64,000 nt of DNA from Bacteroidales bacterium (GCA_041737175.1 JBGSSF010000023.1:145888-209887), one strand, 5' to 3'; shown: positions 40,767-50,578, counted from the first letter of the stretch. Translations and numbers: made by a program. Notes: generated by a model from the letters alone, not told the origin.

Positions 40767-41279
40767 TTATTTCGGGAGCACCACGCCATCAATGACATGC
40801 ACAACGCCGTTAGAACCCTTCAAATCTGCTGCTACAACGTAGGCAGATTTACCTGATTCATCAGTAAGTTTTACCTTGTCCATTTCCAAAGAGGCTGTTA
40901 ATTTGCCTCCGCTAACGGTAGTTAATTCCGCTTTCCCATTACCAGCCTTGATAGCGGCAACCACTGCAGCTGCATCAAGATTTCCGGCAACAACGTGATA
41001 GGTGAGAATCTTGGCAAGTTGGGCCTTGTTTTCCGGTTTTAACAAGCTGGCTACCGTACCTTCGGGTAGTTTATCAAAAGCGGCATTGGTCGGTGCAAAT
41101 ACGGTAAAGGGTCCCTTGCCCTTTAAGGTAGACACGAGATCGGCTGCTTTAACGGCGGCAACCAGCGTTGTATGATCCGCAGATCCAATAGCGATGTCTA
41201 CAACATCTTTTCCCTGGCTGAAAGCACTTATGGAAGAAGCGACGGCGATCAAAACGATAAATAGCTTTTTCATATTCAT
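40767..41279 (-). CDS. Fasciclin (FAS1) domain protein, secreted
   Basis: 170 aa. It has a signal peptide, and TLVAAVKAADLVSTLKGKGPFTVFAPTNAAFDKLP...VHVIDGVVLP is a canonical FAS1 sequence. Confidence 0.9.
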   Translation of the reverse strand: MNMKKLFIVLIAVASSISAFSQGKDVVDIAIGSADHTTLVAAVKAADLVSTLKGKGPFTVFAPTNAAFDKLPEGTVASLLKPENKAQLAKILTYHVVAGNLDAAAVVAAIKAGNGKAELTTVSGGKLTASLEMDKVKLTDESGKSAYVVAADLKGSNGVVHVIDGVVLPK

Positions 41280-41389
41280 ATTGTTTAAAATTTTATAATT
41301 AAATATTAAACAGAACAGGGAAGGAATTGTTCGCCCTTTGGATTATAATTTCTTTTCCTAAGTGGGTTTTCATTTCGCGTCAGATTAAT

Positions 41390-41397
41390 TATATTTG
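41390..41397 (+). promoter_or_regulatory. Candidate -7 box
   Basis: TATATTTG matches TAnnTTTG, 81 nt upstream of the ATG at 41478. Confidence 0.3.
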
Positions 41398-41477
41398 TCT
41401 AGGTCAGTTGTATTTCATGTTTGGATTGGGAAGGATAGGATATTCCGATGTAAGGACAATCATAACCTTTAAATACT

Positions 41478-42371
41478 ATGAAAAAACGCTTATCTCATAA
41501 CGCTGTATTCAGCTTCTTGACGATTGGCGTTCTTCTGAACGCATGCGTTTCGTTTGAAAACGGCTGGAATGTTGCGATTCCAAATGAAAATTCTGAAAAT
41601 CCTGAACAAATTCTTGAAAAGGTTGCTCAATTGGAATCCGAAGCTGATAATGCCGAATCTGTGGAATTGTTGCTGAATACCTTGAAAGAACTTGAAAAGG
41701 TTGATCCGGCAAATTACCTTGCGCTTTGGAAAATCGGGAATTATAATATTTTAATGGGAGCAGCTTATTCAGACAAAAAGAGGGATAGAAAAAAACATTA
41801 TCGTGAGGCGATACAATATTGTGAGAAGGCGATGTTCACCAATGCGGATTTTAAATCAACAGTTCTGGATGGCGTTGACATATGCTCCGCATGCTCAAAG
41901 CTTACGCTTCATGAGATTGATGCTATGGGCTATTGGTATACCGCGAGGTTTTATTATTTTAAAGATTGTTTGTCACCCCTGGGCAGACTTTTCAATACGC
42001 ACATTGTGATCGACAACAACACCATGATCGAACGAATCGACCAGTTGGATTCCACCTGGGCCGGTGGTGGCAATTATTTTTCAAGAGCTTTGTATTATAT
42101 TGCTGTTCCGGAGCGGTTTGGCGGCAGTAAAGAGCGTGCTGATCAGGAATTCGGAAAAGCCATCAAAACCGGTCCTGATTATCTGGTGAACCGTTGGGGC
42201 CGGGCCAAATATCTGTACAGCATTACCGGCAACAAAGCAGGATTTGTATCAGATATGGAATGGGTACTGCAGCAGGATCCAAGAAATTCAGGTAATACAT
42301 ATCCCTGGAATATTTATTTTCAAAGAGATGCAAGAAGCGTGTTAGCCAGTGGGGATGATCTTGTGCATTAG
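41478..42371 (+). CDS. TPR-like lipoprotein, possibly TatT-like (TRAP-transporter-associated family)
   Basis: 297 aa with a lipoprotein-like signal (FLTIGVLLNAC). The helical-repeat content and the WAGGGNYFSRALYYIAVPERFGGSKERA segment are reminiscent of TatT-family proteins. Tentative. Confidence 0.5.
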   Translation: MKKRLSHNAVFSFLTIGVLLNACVSFENGWNVAIPNENSENPEQILEKVAQLESEADNAESVELLLNTLKELEKVDPANYLALWKIGNYNILMGAAYSDKKRDRKKHYREAIQYCEKAMFTNADFKSTVLDGVDICSACSKLTLHEIDAMGYWYTARFYYFKDCLSPLGRLFNTHIVIDNNTMIERIDQLDSTWAGGGNYFSRALYYIAVPERFGGSKERADQEFGKAIKTGPDYLVNRWGRAKYLYSITGNKAGFVSDMEWVLQQDPRNSGNTYPWNIYFQRDARSVLASGDDLVH

Positions 42372-42384
42372 TTCAGGCATTTTG

Positions 42385-45300
42385 CTAGGTAATCTTCATC
42401 AGCCGGTCAAGTTTTAATCGGTTTAACCTGTTCAGGCGAATTGTTTCGAAATAGTCAAGGATCCTGCGTATCGCATCAGAATACAGAAAGATAAGCGACA
42501 ATAGGTTAAAAATCCAGGTCAGCGTCATGTTAAACCAGAATGTATCAACTTTCAGGCTAAAGATACGTTTAACAGGTGCATAAAAATGTGCTCTCCCATT
42601 ATTTCTTAAAGGTTCCCTGTAAACCGCATTTTTTTTGGATATCATTTCACCATCGCGAAGGATATAATGCTGTATCTCTTTTTCTTGGGTAACAACAGTA
42701 GCAAGTTGTCTGTTATCATATTTCTGTCGGAAAGCCATTACCTGATCTTTACCACCCAATTCTGAAACCAGCTGATTGTAAATGGAATCGCGTTCACCAA
42801 CTGCACGGTTATATCGATTTCTGTAAATGATCCCTGCGCGGTCAAGAAAGGCAGTTATGCTTGCGTTTAATGCGGGTCTGTAAAAGGGATGACTTATACT
42901 ATCCATGAATGGGGGTCTTTTACTGCCAATATCCTGGATGATCTTATCCATTTCACTGTGCAATAGCTTCAGGTTGTTTAAATACCTGAGACTATCCACC
43001 CTGTTGTAATACAGATCTCTGGTATCATCGGCAATCTCAACCAATCCCGGTATTGTATATGACCTGTAATAGCCTGCATTCCTGGCTTTGGATTCAGCAT
43101 CATAAAAATACCGGGTATACCGGTTATTTTTATACTGGTTTACGGCCAAAGCTTCATAGGTCCATCGGGATGCCATATTATCACCAATAATGGGGACCTC
43201 CTTTTCATTGGCAATTGTATGATGCATCTTACTGAAATCAATAATAACACCGCTGAAAAGAAGCTGGGGGACAAGGATTAGCGGGACCAGTATGTATATC
43301 GTAATCACGGATTTGAATCCGGAAGATATATTCAGGCCTACCAGATTTGACCAGCATGAAGCAGTGAATAGCACAAACCAGTAGGGGAATAGCATACCCT
43401 TGATTTCCAGCATTGAATTGCTTATTAGCACAAAAACGAGTGTCTGAAAGGCTGAGATCATAAAAAGGATCGATATTTTTGAGAGCAGGTAACTCGAGCG
43501 ACTGAGATTAAGGAACTTCTCACGCTTTAAAATCTTACGGTCCTTAAAAATCTCCTCGGCACTGATTACGAGTCCGAGAAACAATGCTACAATCACCGCC
43601 ATTAACAGAAAAGCCGGTAGACCAGCATTCTGACCGAAAACATATCGGGGTATCCCGTTGACAAAATTGAAGTTCTTGGAAAAAAAAGCCAGGATAAATG
43701 CCAGGATTGGAGCTTCAAGCGCCACGATCACCATATATTGTTTATTGTAGTATTTGGCCAGCAAATCACGTTTCAAATAGATGGTGAATTGTTCGAAATG
43801 GCCGGGAGTTTTAAAATTACTTTTCGGGATGGAAGAATCATGCTCTCTTTCAATCAGTTTAGTCTTTGCATCAATGTTTTTCAGAAATCGCTGGTACCAT
43901 AATTCCGGACTGATCTTGCGCTGCCGGGTCAAACGCCCGTTTGCATCCACTTCACGGGACTCTATGATTCTTAATATCTCATCGACGTTAATATTGCCGC
44001 AGTTCAGGCATTCGGTTTCCTCGGCATCGGCATAACGGGCGGCCTGTTTAAAATAGGTGATGGCACCTATGGGATGCCCATAGTAAACCATCCTTCCTCC
44101 CTGGTCCATAACCAGTAATTTGTCGAACATTTTAAAAACATCGGAAGACGGTTGATGGATGTTGGCAATAACAAGTTTGCCCTTGATAGTCTGCTTTTTA
44201 AGCAGGGAAATGACATTTTCAGAATCAGCTGAAGACAATCCTGAGGTGGGTTCATCCACGAGCAGGATGGAAGGTTCGCGGATCAGCTCAAGAGCAATAT
44301 TAAGTCGCTTTCGCTGACCTCCGCTCAAGATGGTAGTAAAGGCGTCACCCACTGTCAGGTCGCGTGCCTCCAGAAGGTCAAAATCCAGGAGCACTTCTTC
44401 GATCAGCGCATGGATCTGTTCCTCCTCGTTATCACTGCTGCAAAGCCGGGTATTGAAATAAAGATTCTCATATACAGAAAATTCCTTAATCAAGAGATCA
44501 TCCTGGGGCACATATCCGATAATGCCTTTGACCTGTTCTTTGTTTTCGTGGATATTCCAACCGTTAATCCTGATCGAGCCTGCCTGTGGTTTGAGGTTCC
44601 CGTTCAGAACATTCAGCAGCGTGGATTTGCCTGACCCACTCCCGCCGATAATACCCACCAGCCTGCCGGATTCTTCGTTCAGACTAAATTTTTTAACGCC
44701 ATTCTTACTGTTGAGATAACCAAATTCGATGTCTTCGGCAGTAAATACAAATTTGTTCTCCAGGCTGGCCTGAATGAACTGCCGGGATACCCAGGTGTAA
44801 TAAAAAGAACCGATCAGGGGATTGCGAAGAACTCCGCCGACAGGCCAGATATATGATCTTCCCGGTTCCATCATTTGTCCGTTCATCATCAGCACCATTT
44901 TTCCGTAATACCGCATGACATAGATATTAGCACTTGCTATCCGCAGCACAATAATTTCACTGTCAAGTTTTTCCAGCGCTATTTGCTTGATATGCGGCAA
45001 ACATTCCGAGTCCATCGGCCGGATGAACAGCAAACATTCCTTGTTTATCTTTTCAATCTCTTTCGAGGTAAAAGCTTTTGCATCTGAATATTCGTCCCGG
45101 GTTACTTTTAAACTGGAAGCTACAATGCCCACAAGGCTTAATTCGTTAGGGTTGTGTTTTTGCCCACTTTGAATAAAGTCAAGCAGGGATATCAGCAAAA
45201 TGATCTTTTGTTCATGCTCCAACTCTTCATTGATCTGCCCGCACAGTTCAATGATCAATTGCTCAGCTTTCGTTTGTTGCAAGGTATTATCCGTGCGTAT

Positions 45301-45495
45301 GGAATCGATATTCAGTTGTTGGAAATACCTGACCTGCTCATCAAAAAAATTGATGTATTTTAAGACTATCTCATAACTATACTGTTTGTCAAGGTAATCC
45401 ATAACAATATTGCGCTTTATTGCCGATTCATCTTCTTTGATGTTGGAAACGATGGCGAATAAACGCATCAGTTCTTTAAGCATTAATTCATTCAT
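42385..45495 (-). CDS. Fused ABC transporter: ~280-aa unrecognised N-terminal region + ATPase + ABC-2-type permease + ~250-aa C-terminal extension with a terminal TM
   Basis: 1036 aa. It has Walker A (GGSGSGKST), the ABC signature (LSGGQRKRLNIALEL) and Walker B (ILLVDEPTSGL), followed by six or more hydrophobic segments. A long hydrophilic stretch comes next, then a last TM (FWFNMTLTWIFNLLSLIFLY). Confidence 0.85.
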   Translation of the reverse strand: MNELMLKELMRLFAIVSNIKEDESAIKRNIVMDYLDKQYSYEIVLKYINFFDEQVRYFQQLNIDSIRTDNTLQQTKAEQLIIELCGQINEELEHEQKIILLISLLDFIQSGQKHNPNELSLVGIVASSLKVTRDEYSDAKAFTSKEIEKINKECLLFIRPMDSECLPHIKQIALEKLDSEIIVLRIASANIYVMRYYGKMVLMMNGQMMEPGRSYIWPVGGVLRNPLIGSFYYTWVSRQFIQASLENKFVFTAEDIEFGYLNSKNGVKKFSLNEESGRLVGIIGGSGSGKSTLLNVLNGNLKPQAGSIRINGWNIHENKEQVKGIIGYVPQDDLLIKEFSVYENLYFNTRLCSSDNEEEQIHALIEEVLLDFDLLEARDLTVGDAFTTILSGGQRKRLNIALELIREPSILLVDEPTSGLSSADSENVISLLKKQTIKGKLVIANIHQPSSDVFKMFDKLLVMDQGGRMVYYGHPIGAITYFKQAARYADAEETECLNCGNINVDEILRIIESREVDANGRLTRQRKISPELWYQRFLKNIDAKTKLIEREHDSSIPKSNFKTPGHFEQFTIYLKRDLLAKYYNKQYMVIVALEAPILAFILAFFSKNFNFVNGIPRYVFGQNAGLPAFLLMAVIVALFLGLVISAEEIFKDRKILKREKFLNLSRSSYLLSKISILFMISAFQTLVFVLISNSMLEIKGMLFPYWFVLFTASCWSNLVGLNISSGFKSVITIYILVPLILVPQLLFSGVIIDFSKMHHTIANEKEVPIIGDNMASRWTYEALAVNQYKNNRYTRYFYDAESKARNAGYYRSYTIPGLVEIADDTRDLYYNRVDSLRYLNNLKLLHSEMDKIIQDIGSKRPPFMDSISHPFYRPALNASITAFLDRAGIIYRNRYNRAVGERDSIYNQLVSELGGKDQVMAFRQKYDNRQLATVVTQEKEIQHYILRDGEMISKKNAVYREPLRNNGRAHFYAPVKRIFSLKVDTFWFNMTLTWIFNLLSLIFLYSDAIRRILDYFETIRLNRLNRLKLDRLMKIT

Positions 45496-45764
45496 TGGGC
45501 AAAGATTATGTCTGTAAAGTGGTTATAAGAATCCCTGTTGGGCACGATGCAATTCTTAAATTTGTTATCATGCTGACAAATAAATTAACAGCTATTCATA
45601 ATGACCTGGTGAAGCATACTTATCAAATATAAGGATTGTTATTGTTTCTACCTGCACATGGCTTCGGAAACAGCAGAGAAAAGGTTCGGAAGAATTACGA
45701 GAGATTTAAAGCTAAACTCAGTAACAAACACCCAGCAAGTTCCAGTGGAGTGTTGTCAGTCATA

Positions 45765-48700
45765 TCAGGGCAATTTGACGATTTTTTGGGAGGCCAGGTT
45801 CTTGTTGCCCATTAACCGTAAATGATAGATGCCGGCACCTGACGAGGTTCCGCTTCCTTCGTTACCGGACCAGTCGATCCAATAAGCCCCGGCCTCAAGG
45901 TAATGATCAACGAGAAGAGCCACCAGCCTGCCCTGCATATCCACCACCTCCAGCCGGTAATGACCATTGGCCTGAACTTCGAAGCGGATGGTGGTATAAT
46001 CGCGGAAGGGATTGGGAAAGCAGTCGAGCACCGGATTGAGGCCTTCCGGCAGGAGCACTTCCGTATTGTCCTCCGTCATGGAATTGATTCTGCCGGGAGT
46101 ACCCCCGATGAGTTTTGCCTTCCAGTTCTCCCCCTTGCCATTATCGTCACCGGGGTGGATCAGCTCGATGGTGGCCCCGGTTCCCAGCGCCTGAGTCGGC
46201 CAGGGCGGCTGAACCATGTAGTTCACCACATCCATGAGTTGCCGCTGCGCATCGTAGAGGAGGAGAGACTCACCCGCGCTGCTGATGCCGAAAGACAGTT
46301 CCCCGGTAAGATTTTTGATCTCCGGATTATAGTAACGGAAGCTTTCCTCGTCACGGCAGATCACGATGAAATCACCCGGTGCCAGCCAGGTGTTCGCCGG
46401 AAACACATACCCTGAATCCATATCCCCGTCGGTAAGCAGCCAGCCGCAAAGATCCACCGTGGCAACCCCGCTGTTCACCAGTTCGATCCAGTCCTTCGTG
46501 TCCCGCTCCGGTGACGATTGATAATTGATCTCATTGATGACCACCGACCGCTCTTCGGGAGCGGCCCTGGTAAAAACCGCCCGGAATTCTCCGGCGGCCG
46601 ACATGTTATAGGTGATGTCGGGGTGGTTGGCGTAAACACTGCCGGTCCACTGCACGAACTTATACCCCGGCTTCGGAATGGCCTTCAGGCGGATGGGGAT
46701 ATTACGGAAATAAATCCCTGTGAATGGATAGGCTTCCGGACGGATGGTGTTCAGCTCCACATAACCTCCCTGGTCCGGAACCGAAATTTGAACCATGAGC
46801 TGCTCACCCAGGTTGAAAATATCCTGCATATGCTGCCGGCAATACGAAGGACGGTAATTCCCGAAAGCCTTGCGGTTGCTGATCCGCCCTTGCCATTCGT
46901 CGATGTTCCCCCACCAACGGTTGAAGGTATGGACCATTTCATTTCGGTACAATCGATACAAAGAATCCAGGTCCGATGCCACCCGTGAAGGATGAAAATC
47001 GAGGTTAAGCCGGTCACAATACTGGATGATGAAATTGTTCCGGAAGTCAGGGTTGGTGACCATCCTGCGCAGGAAAAGGGTTGACCAAGGGGGATTGGGC
47101 CAGCCGGGGCCGTCGGTTGCCAGGGCGAACGCCAGGGTATTCAGCTTGTAATCCTCGGTATTCCACAACCCAAAACCAAAATCGGTATCGTAAATGATCC
47201 ATCGCCATCTGCTCGTGGCCAGCCGGGAATTCCAGAATTTTATGTTGTTTGCAGGCCAATCGCAATTATTCAGGTAGATCTGGGTAAGCTGGTATTGAAT
47301 GAAATTATCGAGGTCAACTTCCGCGGCTACCCGGTCAAAGTTACTTTCCTGTTGCAACGTGGGTGTGGCATTCAGATAGTCTGTTAGCTCCATGTACCGG
47401 GCATTGCTGCCATGAACCGGATATCCAGATGTCTCCAGGAGATTCACAGAATCTGCAGGAACATGATGGTTTGACGCGATAAAATGTTCGCTGATCTTTT
47501 CCCTTATGTTGAGTAAACCCCAGTAAGCACCATTAATGTAAACCGCTGCCGGCTGAAACGACTGACGGTCCACCTCCATATCACGGGTGAGCCCGGTCAT
47601 GAAACAATCGTGAAACTGCAATCCCAGGTTGTCGTTTCCGGAATTGCGCAGGACAACCGATTCGAACCGTTCAATGGGCTTATCGGCAAAGAACGGGTAA
47701 TTGAATGATCCCCTGCCGTAAACTTTCCTGGCGAACAGGGCCAAAGATTTCTGCTCAAAGGCACGCGACCAGGCTCCGTATACCTTCATGCCCGCATCCT
47801 GATCGATTTGCCTTACGCCCTCATTATCGAAGAATTCAACGTGCACGGGTCTCTCCCAATCCATCCAGAAATTGGCATTGAAAAAGGGAAAATCGGCTTG
47901 GGCGTGCGGACCATAGGCGAAAATTCCGGTCTCAAAATCCCACAGGTTGTCCGGATCGGTGGACAGACAAATTACCGGCACATCGTGGTCAATTCCGGTA
48001 ATATAGGTGTGTGAGGCAACCGGACCGGGCAGGGCACTATCGGCCATTACCCTTGCCCGGATTACCTGGCTGCCGGCAATATAAATCGGGCCGGTGTATA
48101 AGGCATCTGACCCGTCTGGCACAGAACCGTCGGTTGTGTAATAAATCGAATCATTTTCCCCGGCACCGGCCAAAGTGACTGTAATTGCTCCGGGATGGAT
48201 ACCGCCGGGAGGTGACATGGTTACCGGAATAGTAAGCAGATGGGCCTTGCCCTGGCTGGTGTTCGCAGTCCCCGGTGTGGGATGATCATAGTAATACCAG
48301 GTCGATGAACCTTCCGGTCCCCTGCCATAAGCTACATCTGCGGGAAGGGATATTGCCCGCGTGGAGTCGATCAGCCCGCCCAATGGATCAAACAGACAGA
48401 TGGTTTCCCCGTCGTTGTCGAGCCTGAAAGAAGCATGCAAGCTGCCGGAAGTTGAAAAATCGAGCCAGGGTGAAACCGTAGACTCTCCACCGCTGATCCT
48501 TCCGATAATCAGGAATGGGATCATTGAAAGATCCGTGGATATGGTATTCAGGTTGTGGACCTCTATGGCCAGGAGGTTTTGCCCTTCCATGATATGGTCC
48601 TCCGGGGCCACAATGAGAAAGTTTTCCGGCACACCGCCCTGTAACAGTAAGGCCTCATGGTTCTCAGCAGCAGGCTGTTGGAAAGGTGTAACTTCTCCGG

Positions 48701-49304
48701 GAGAGCCGATGTTGGAGCGCGCCACCTCATGCCCGTTCAGATAGGCGACAAAGGCATCATCATAATCCACGCTCAGCACCAGGCTGTCGATACTGCCCGC
48801 ATCGACAAGCGTAAAGTTCTTTCTGATGAATACACTCATTACCGGCCCTAATTCCGTGGAATCATCGCCATCACCATAACCGAATCCGGAGGGTCCATCG
48901 CTCCAGGATGAATCATCATAACCGGTCCCATACCAGGCCGGTCCCATATCCGAAGTCGGCACCAGGTATCTCCATTCGTCTCCCCGGTCAATGATCGTTT
49001 GCCAGGAAAGCGGGGGATTCCTCCGGTTTTTACCTGAGACAAAGACCAGCACATGACCCATGGGCTGGATATACATCTGAGGGAATACCCATTTGCGGGG
49101 AAAATCCGGATCATCCGAAAGGCTGTACCCCGACAGGTTCATGGTTGTGCTTCCAGTATTAAAGATCTCAACCCAGTCGGAATAATCCCGGTCCTCATCA
49201 GCAAAACCGCTGGCATTCGACGAAAGGAATTCATTGATGCATAACTGTGCCCTGCCCGGAACGGACAGAAGGGCACAAAATAGGAAAAGGATAGAAAGAC
49301 GCAT
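45765..49304 (-). CDS. Secreted LTD-CotH-LTD protein with T9SS C-terminal sorting domain
   Basis: 1179 aa with a signal peptide. It has two lamin-tail-like segments (INEFLSSN...DWVEIFNTGSTTMNLSGYSLSDD; INEINYQSSPERDTKDWIELVNSGVATVDLCGWLLTDGD). The central CotH-like region is LRNSGNDN...VYINGAYWGLLNIREK. The C-terminal segment CFPNPF...YHLRL...QKIVKL is Por/T9SS-type. Confidence 0.85.
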   Translation of the reverse strand: MRLSILFLFCALLSVPGRAQLCINEFLSSNASGFADEDRDYSDWVEIFNTGSTTMNLSGYSLSDDPDFPRKWVFPQMYIQPMGHVLVFVSGKNRRNPPLSWQTIIDRGDEWRYLVPTSDMGPAWYGTGYDDSSWSDGPSGFGYGDGDDSTELGPVMSVFIRKNFTLVDAGSIDSLVLSVDYDDAFVAYLNGHEVARSNIGSPGEVTPFQQPAAENHEALLLQGGVPENFLIVAPEDHIMEGQNLLAIEVHNLNTISTDLSMIPFLIIGRISGGESTVSPWLDFSTSGSLHASFRLDNDGETICLFDPLGGLIDSTRAISLPADVAYGRGPEGSSTWYYYDHPTPGTANTSQGKAHLLTIPVTMSPPGGIHPGAITVTLAGAGENDSIYYTTDGSVPDGSDALYTGPIYIAGSQVIRARVMADSALPGPVASHTYITGIDHDVPVICLSTDPDNLWDFETGIFAYGPHAQADFPFFNANFWMDWERPVHVEFFDNEGVRQIDQDAGMKVYGAWSRAFEQKSLALFARKVYGRGSFNYPFFADKPIERFESVVLRNSGNDNLGLQFHDCFMTGLTRDMEVDRQSFQPAAVYINGAYWGLLNIREKISEHFIASNHHVPADSVNLLETSGYPVHGSNARYMELTDYLNATPTLQQESNFDRVAAEVDLDNFIQYQLTQIYLNNCDWPANNIKFWNSRLATSRWRWIIYDTDFGFGLWNTEDYKLNTLAFALATDGPGWPNPPWSTLFLRRMVTNPDFRNNFIIQYCDRLNLDFHPSRVASDLDSLYRLYRNEMVHTFNRWWGNIDEWQGRISNRKAFGNYRPSYCRQHMQDIFNLGEQLMVQISVPDQGGYVELNTIRPEAYPFTGIYFRNIPIRLKAIPKPGYKFVQWTGSVYANHPDITYNMSAAGEFRAVFTRAAPEERSVVINEINYQSSPERDTKDWIELVNSGVATVDLCGWLLTDGDMDSGYVFPANTWLAPGDFIVICRDEESFRYYNPEIKNLTGELSFGISSAGESLLLYDAQRQLMDVVNYMVQPPWPTQALGTGATIELIHPGDDNGKGENWKAKLIGGTPGRINSMTEDNTEVLLPEGLNPVLDCFPNPFRDYTTIRFEVQANGHYRLEVVDMQGRLVALLVDHYLEAGAYWIDWSGNEGSGTSSGAGIYHLRLMGNKNLASQKIVKLP

Positions 49305-49375
49305 ACATTAAAAAGAAGGTGTCAATATAATAAAAACCTTTAAGATAGCGGGGCATCTCGTTAATATAGGTGTAA

Positions 49376-49444
49376 TTCTTGGAAAAGAAAGCCAGGATAA
49401 CTCTCATTTATCTGCCCGCACAGTTTAATGATCAATTGCTCAGC
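49376..49444 (-). pseudogene. Two-piece relic of the ABC-transporter gene (or of a lost paralogue)
   Basis: 49376-49400 matches 43673-43697 at 24 of 25 positions. 49401-49444 matches 45223-45267 at about 42 of 45 positions with one indel. Orientation and order are the same as in the intact gene, but the ~1.5 kb between the pieces is absent. The junction shares an 'aa' microhomology. Confidence 0.75.
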
Positions 49445-49606
49445 AACAACTCATTTGATATTTCATCCTCAATAAATCCGGTTGATCCTAAAAATTTTTC
49501 TCCTGCCGTTAAACCTTTTCCGTTTTTTACCATCCAAGTATGCAACTAACCAAATTATACAGGTTTTTTGCTGTAATTATTACTTATTTAACCAATACGT
49601 ACAGTT

Positions 49607-50509
49607 ATGAAAAAGAAAGGAATTTTATCTGCTTTAATGCTGGCTTTATTCACAGCATTGTTTTTTTTACCTTCATGTTCCAAGGAAGATGATGGCACGA
49701 TTTCCGAAACCGATCTGGCTCTGGCACAGGACGAAGCTTATGCCGATGCGGTTTATACTGAAATAGACAACATGGTTGTCTCTGAAATTACAACACTGGA
49801 TGGCAATGCTTACTTAAACTCGGGATTAAAATCGACCGGTGATGAAGAACCCTGCTATTCGGTTACAGTAGATCATCCTGACAGCACTCGTTTTCCAAAG
49901 GTAATAACGATTGATTATGGTGATGGCTGTACGGTGGTATTCCGTGATGACACCATCACGCGTAAAGGACAAATCATAATCACCATCACTGACAGGTGGT
50001 TTATGCCGGGTGCAGAAAACAGGGTAACCTTTAACGACTTTTATTTCAATGATATTAAAGTTGAAGGCACCAGAACCATAACCAACCTGGGAATCAATGA
50101 CGAAGGTAATCTGGAAATGGGTATCATACTTGAAGAAGGCAAGATCGTTTTCAACGATACCACCTGGATGACCCGTGAAGCGGATCATGTTCGGGAATGG
50201 ATACGGTCCGCCACACCACAGAATGATACGGTTATCATCACCGGATCAGCCCATGGTATAAATGTGCTGGGCCAGGAATACACCCGTAACATCACAGAGC
50301 CCCTCGCACTGGTTCATTGCTCGGAATACAAATGGCGCTGGGTTATTATCGACGGCACTGTGGAGATTACCAACAGTGTTACCGGCGCTTCAACCATCGA
50401 TTACAGTGCAGAAGGTTGCGACGGCACTGTTATTGTCAATAAAAACGGTTATCGACACAATTATGAATTCAAGTATAACCACCGTCATCACAAACATGGT
50501 GGCCGTTAA
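49607..50509 (+). CDS. Hypothetical lipoprotein
   Basis: 300 aa with a lipoprotein signal (ALFTALFFLPSCSKEDD) and a His-rich C-terminal tail (YNHRHHKHGGR). No family recognised. Confidence 0.65.
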   Translation: MKKKGILSALMLALFTALFFLPSCSKEDDGTISETDLALAQDEAYADAVYTEIDNMVVSEITTLDGNAYLNSGLKSTGDEEPCYSVTVDHPDSTRFPKVITIDYGDGCTVVFRDDTITRKGQIIITITDRWFMPGAENRVTFNDFYFNDIKVEGTRTITNLGINDEGNLEMGIILEEGKIVFNDTTWMTREADHVREWIRSATPQNDTVIITGSAHGINVLGQEYTRNITEPLALVHCSEYKWRWVIIDGTVEITNSVTGASTIDYSAEGCDGTVIVNKNGYRHNYEFKYNHRHHKHGGR

Positions 50510-50539
50510 AAGCAGAAAAGGTTGTTCAGTTTTATTCGC

Positions 50540-50578
50540 AGAGACCCTGTCAATGGACGGGGTCTCTCCTTTTTTAGT
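50540..50578 (+). terminator. Rho-independent terminator
   Basis: AGAGACCC/GGGGTCTCT hairpin (about 50540-50567) followed by CCTTTTTT. It abuts the glgB stop on the opposite strand. Confidence 0.7.

Noticed and set aside
45903-46988. 170-aa and 156-aa plus-strand ORFs inside the CotH gene (also 48361..48744)
   Set aside because: Long antisense frames are expected in a GC-rich gene. The products are Gly/Pro/Arg-rich, with no signal sequence or motifs.
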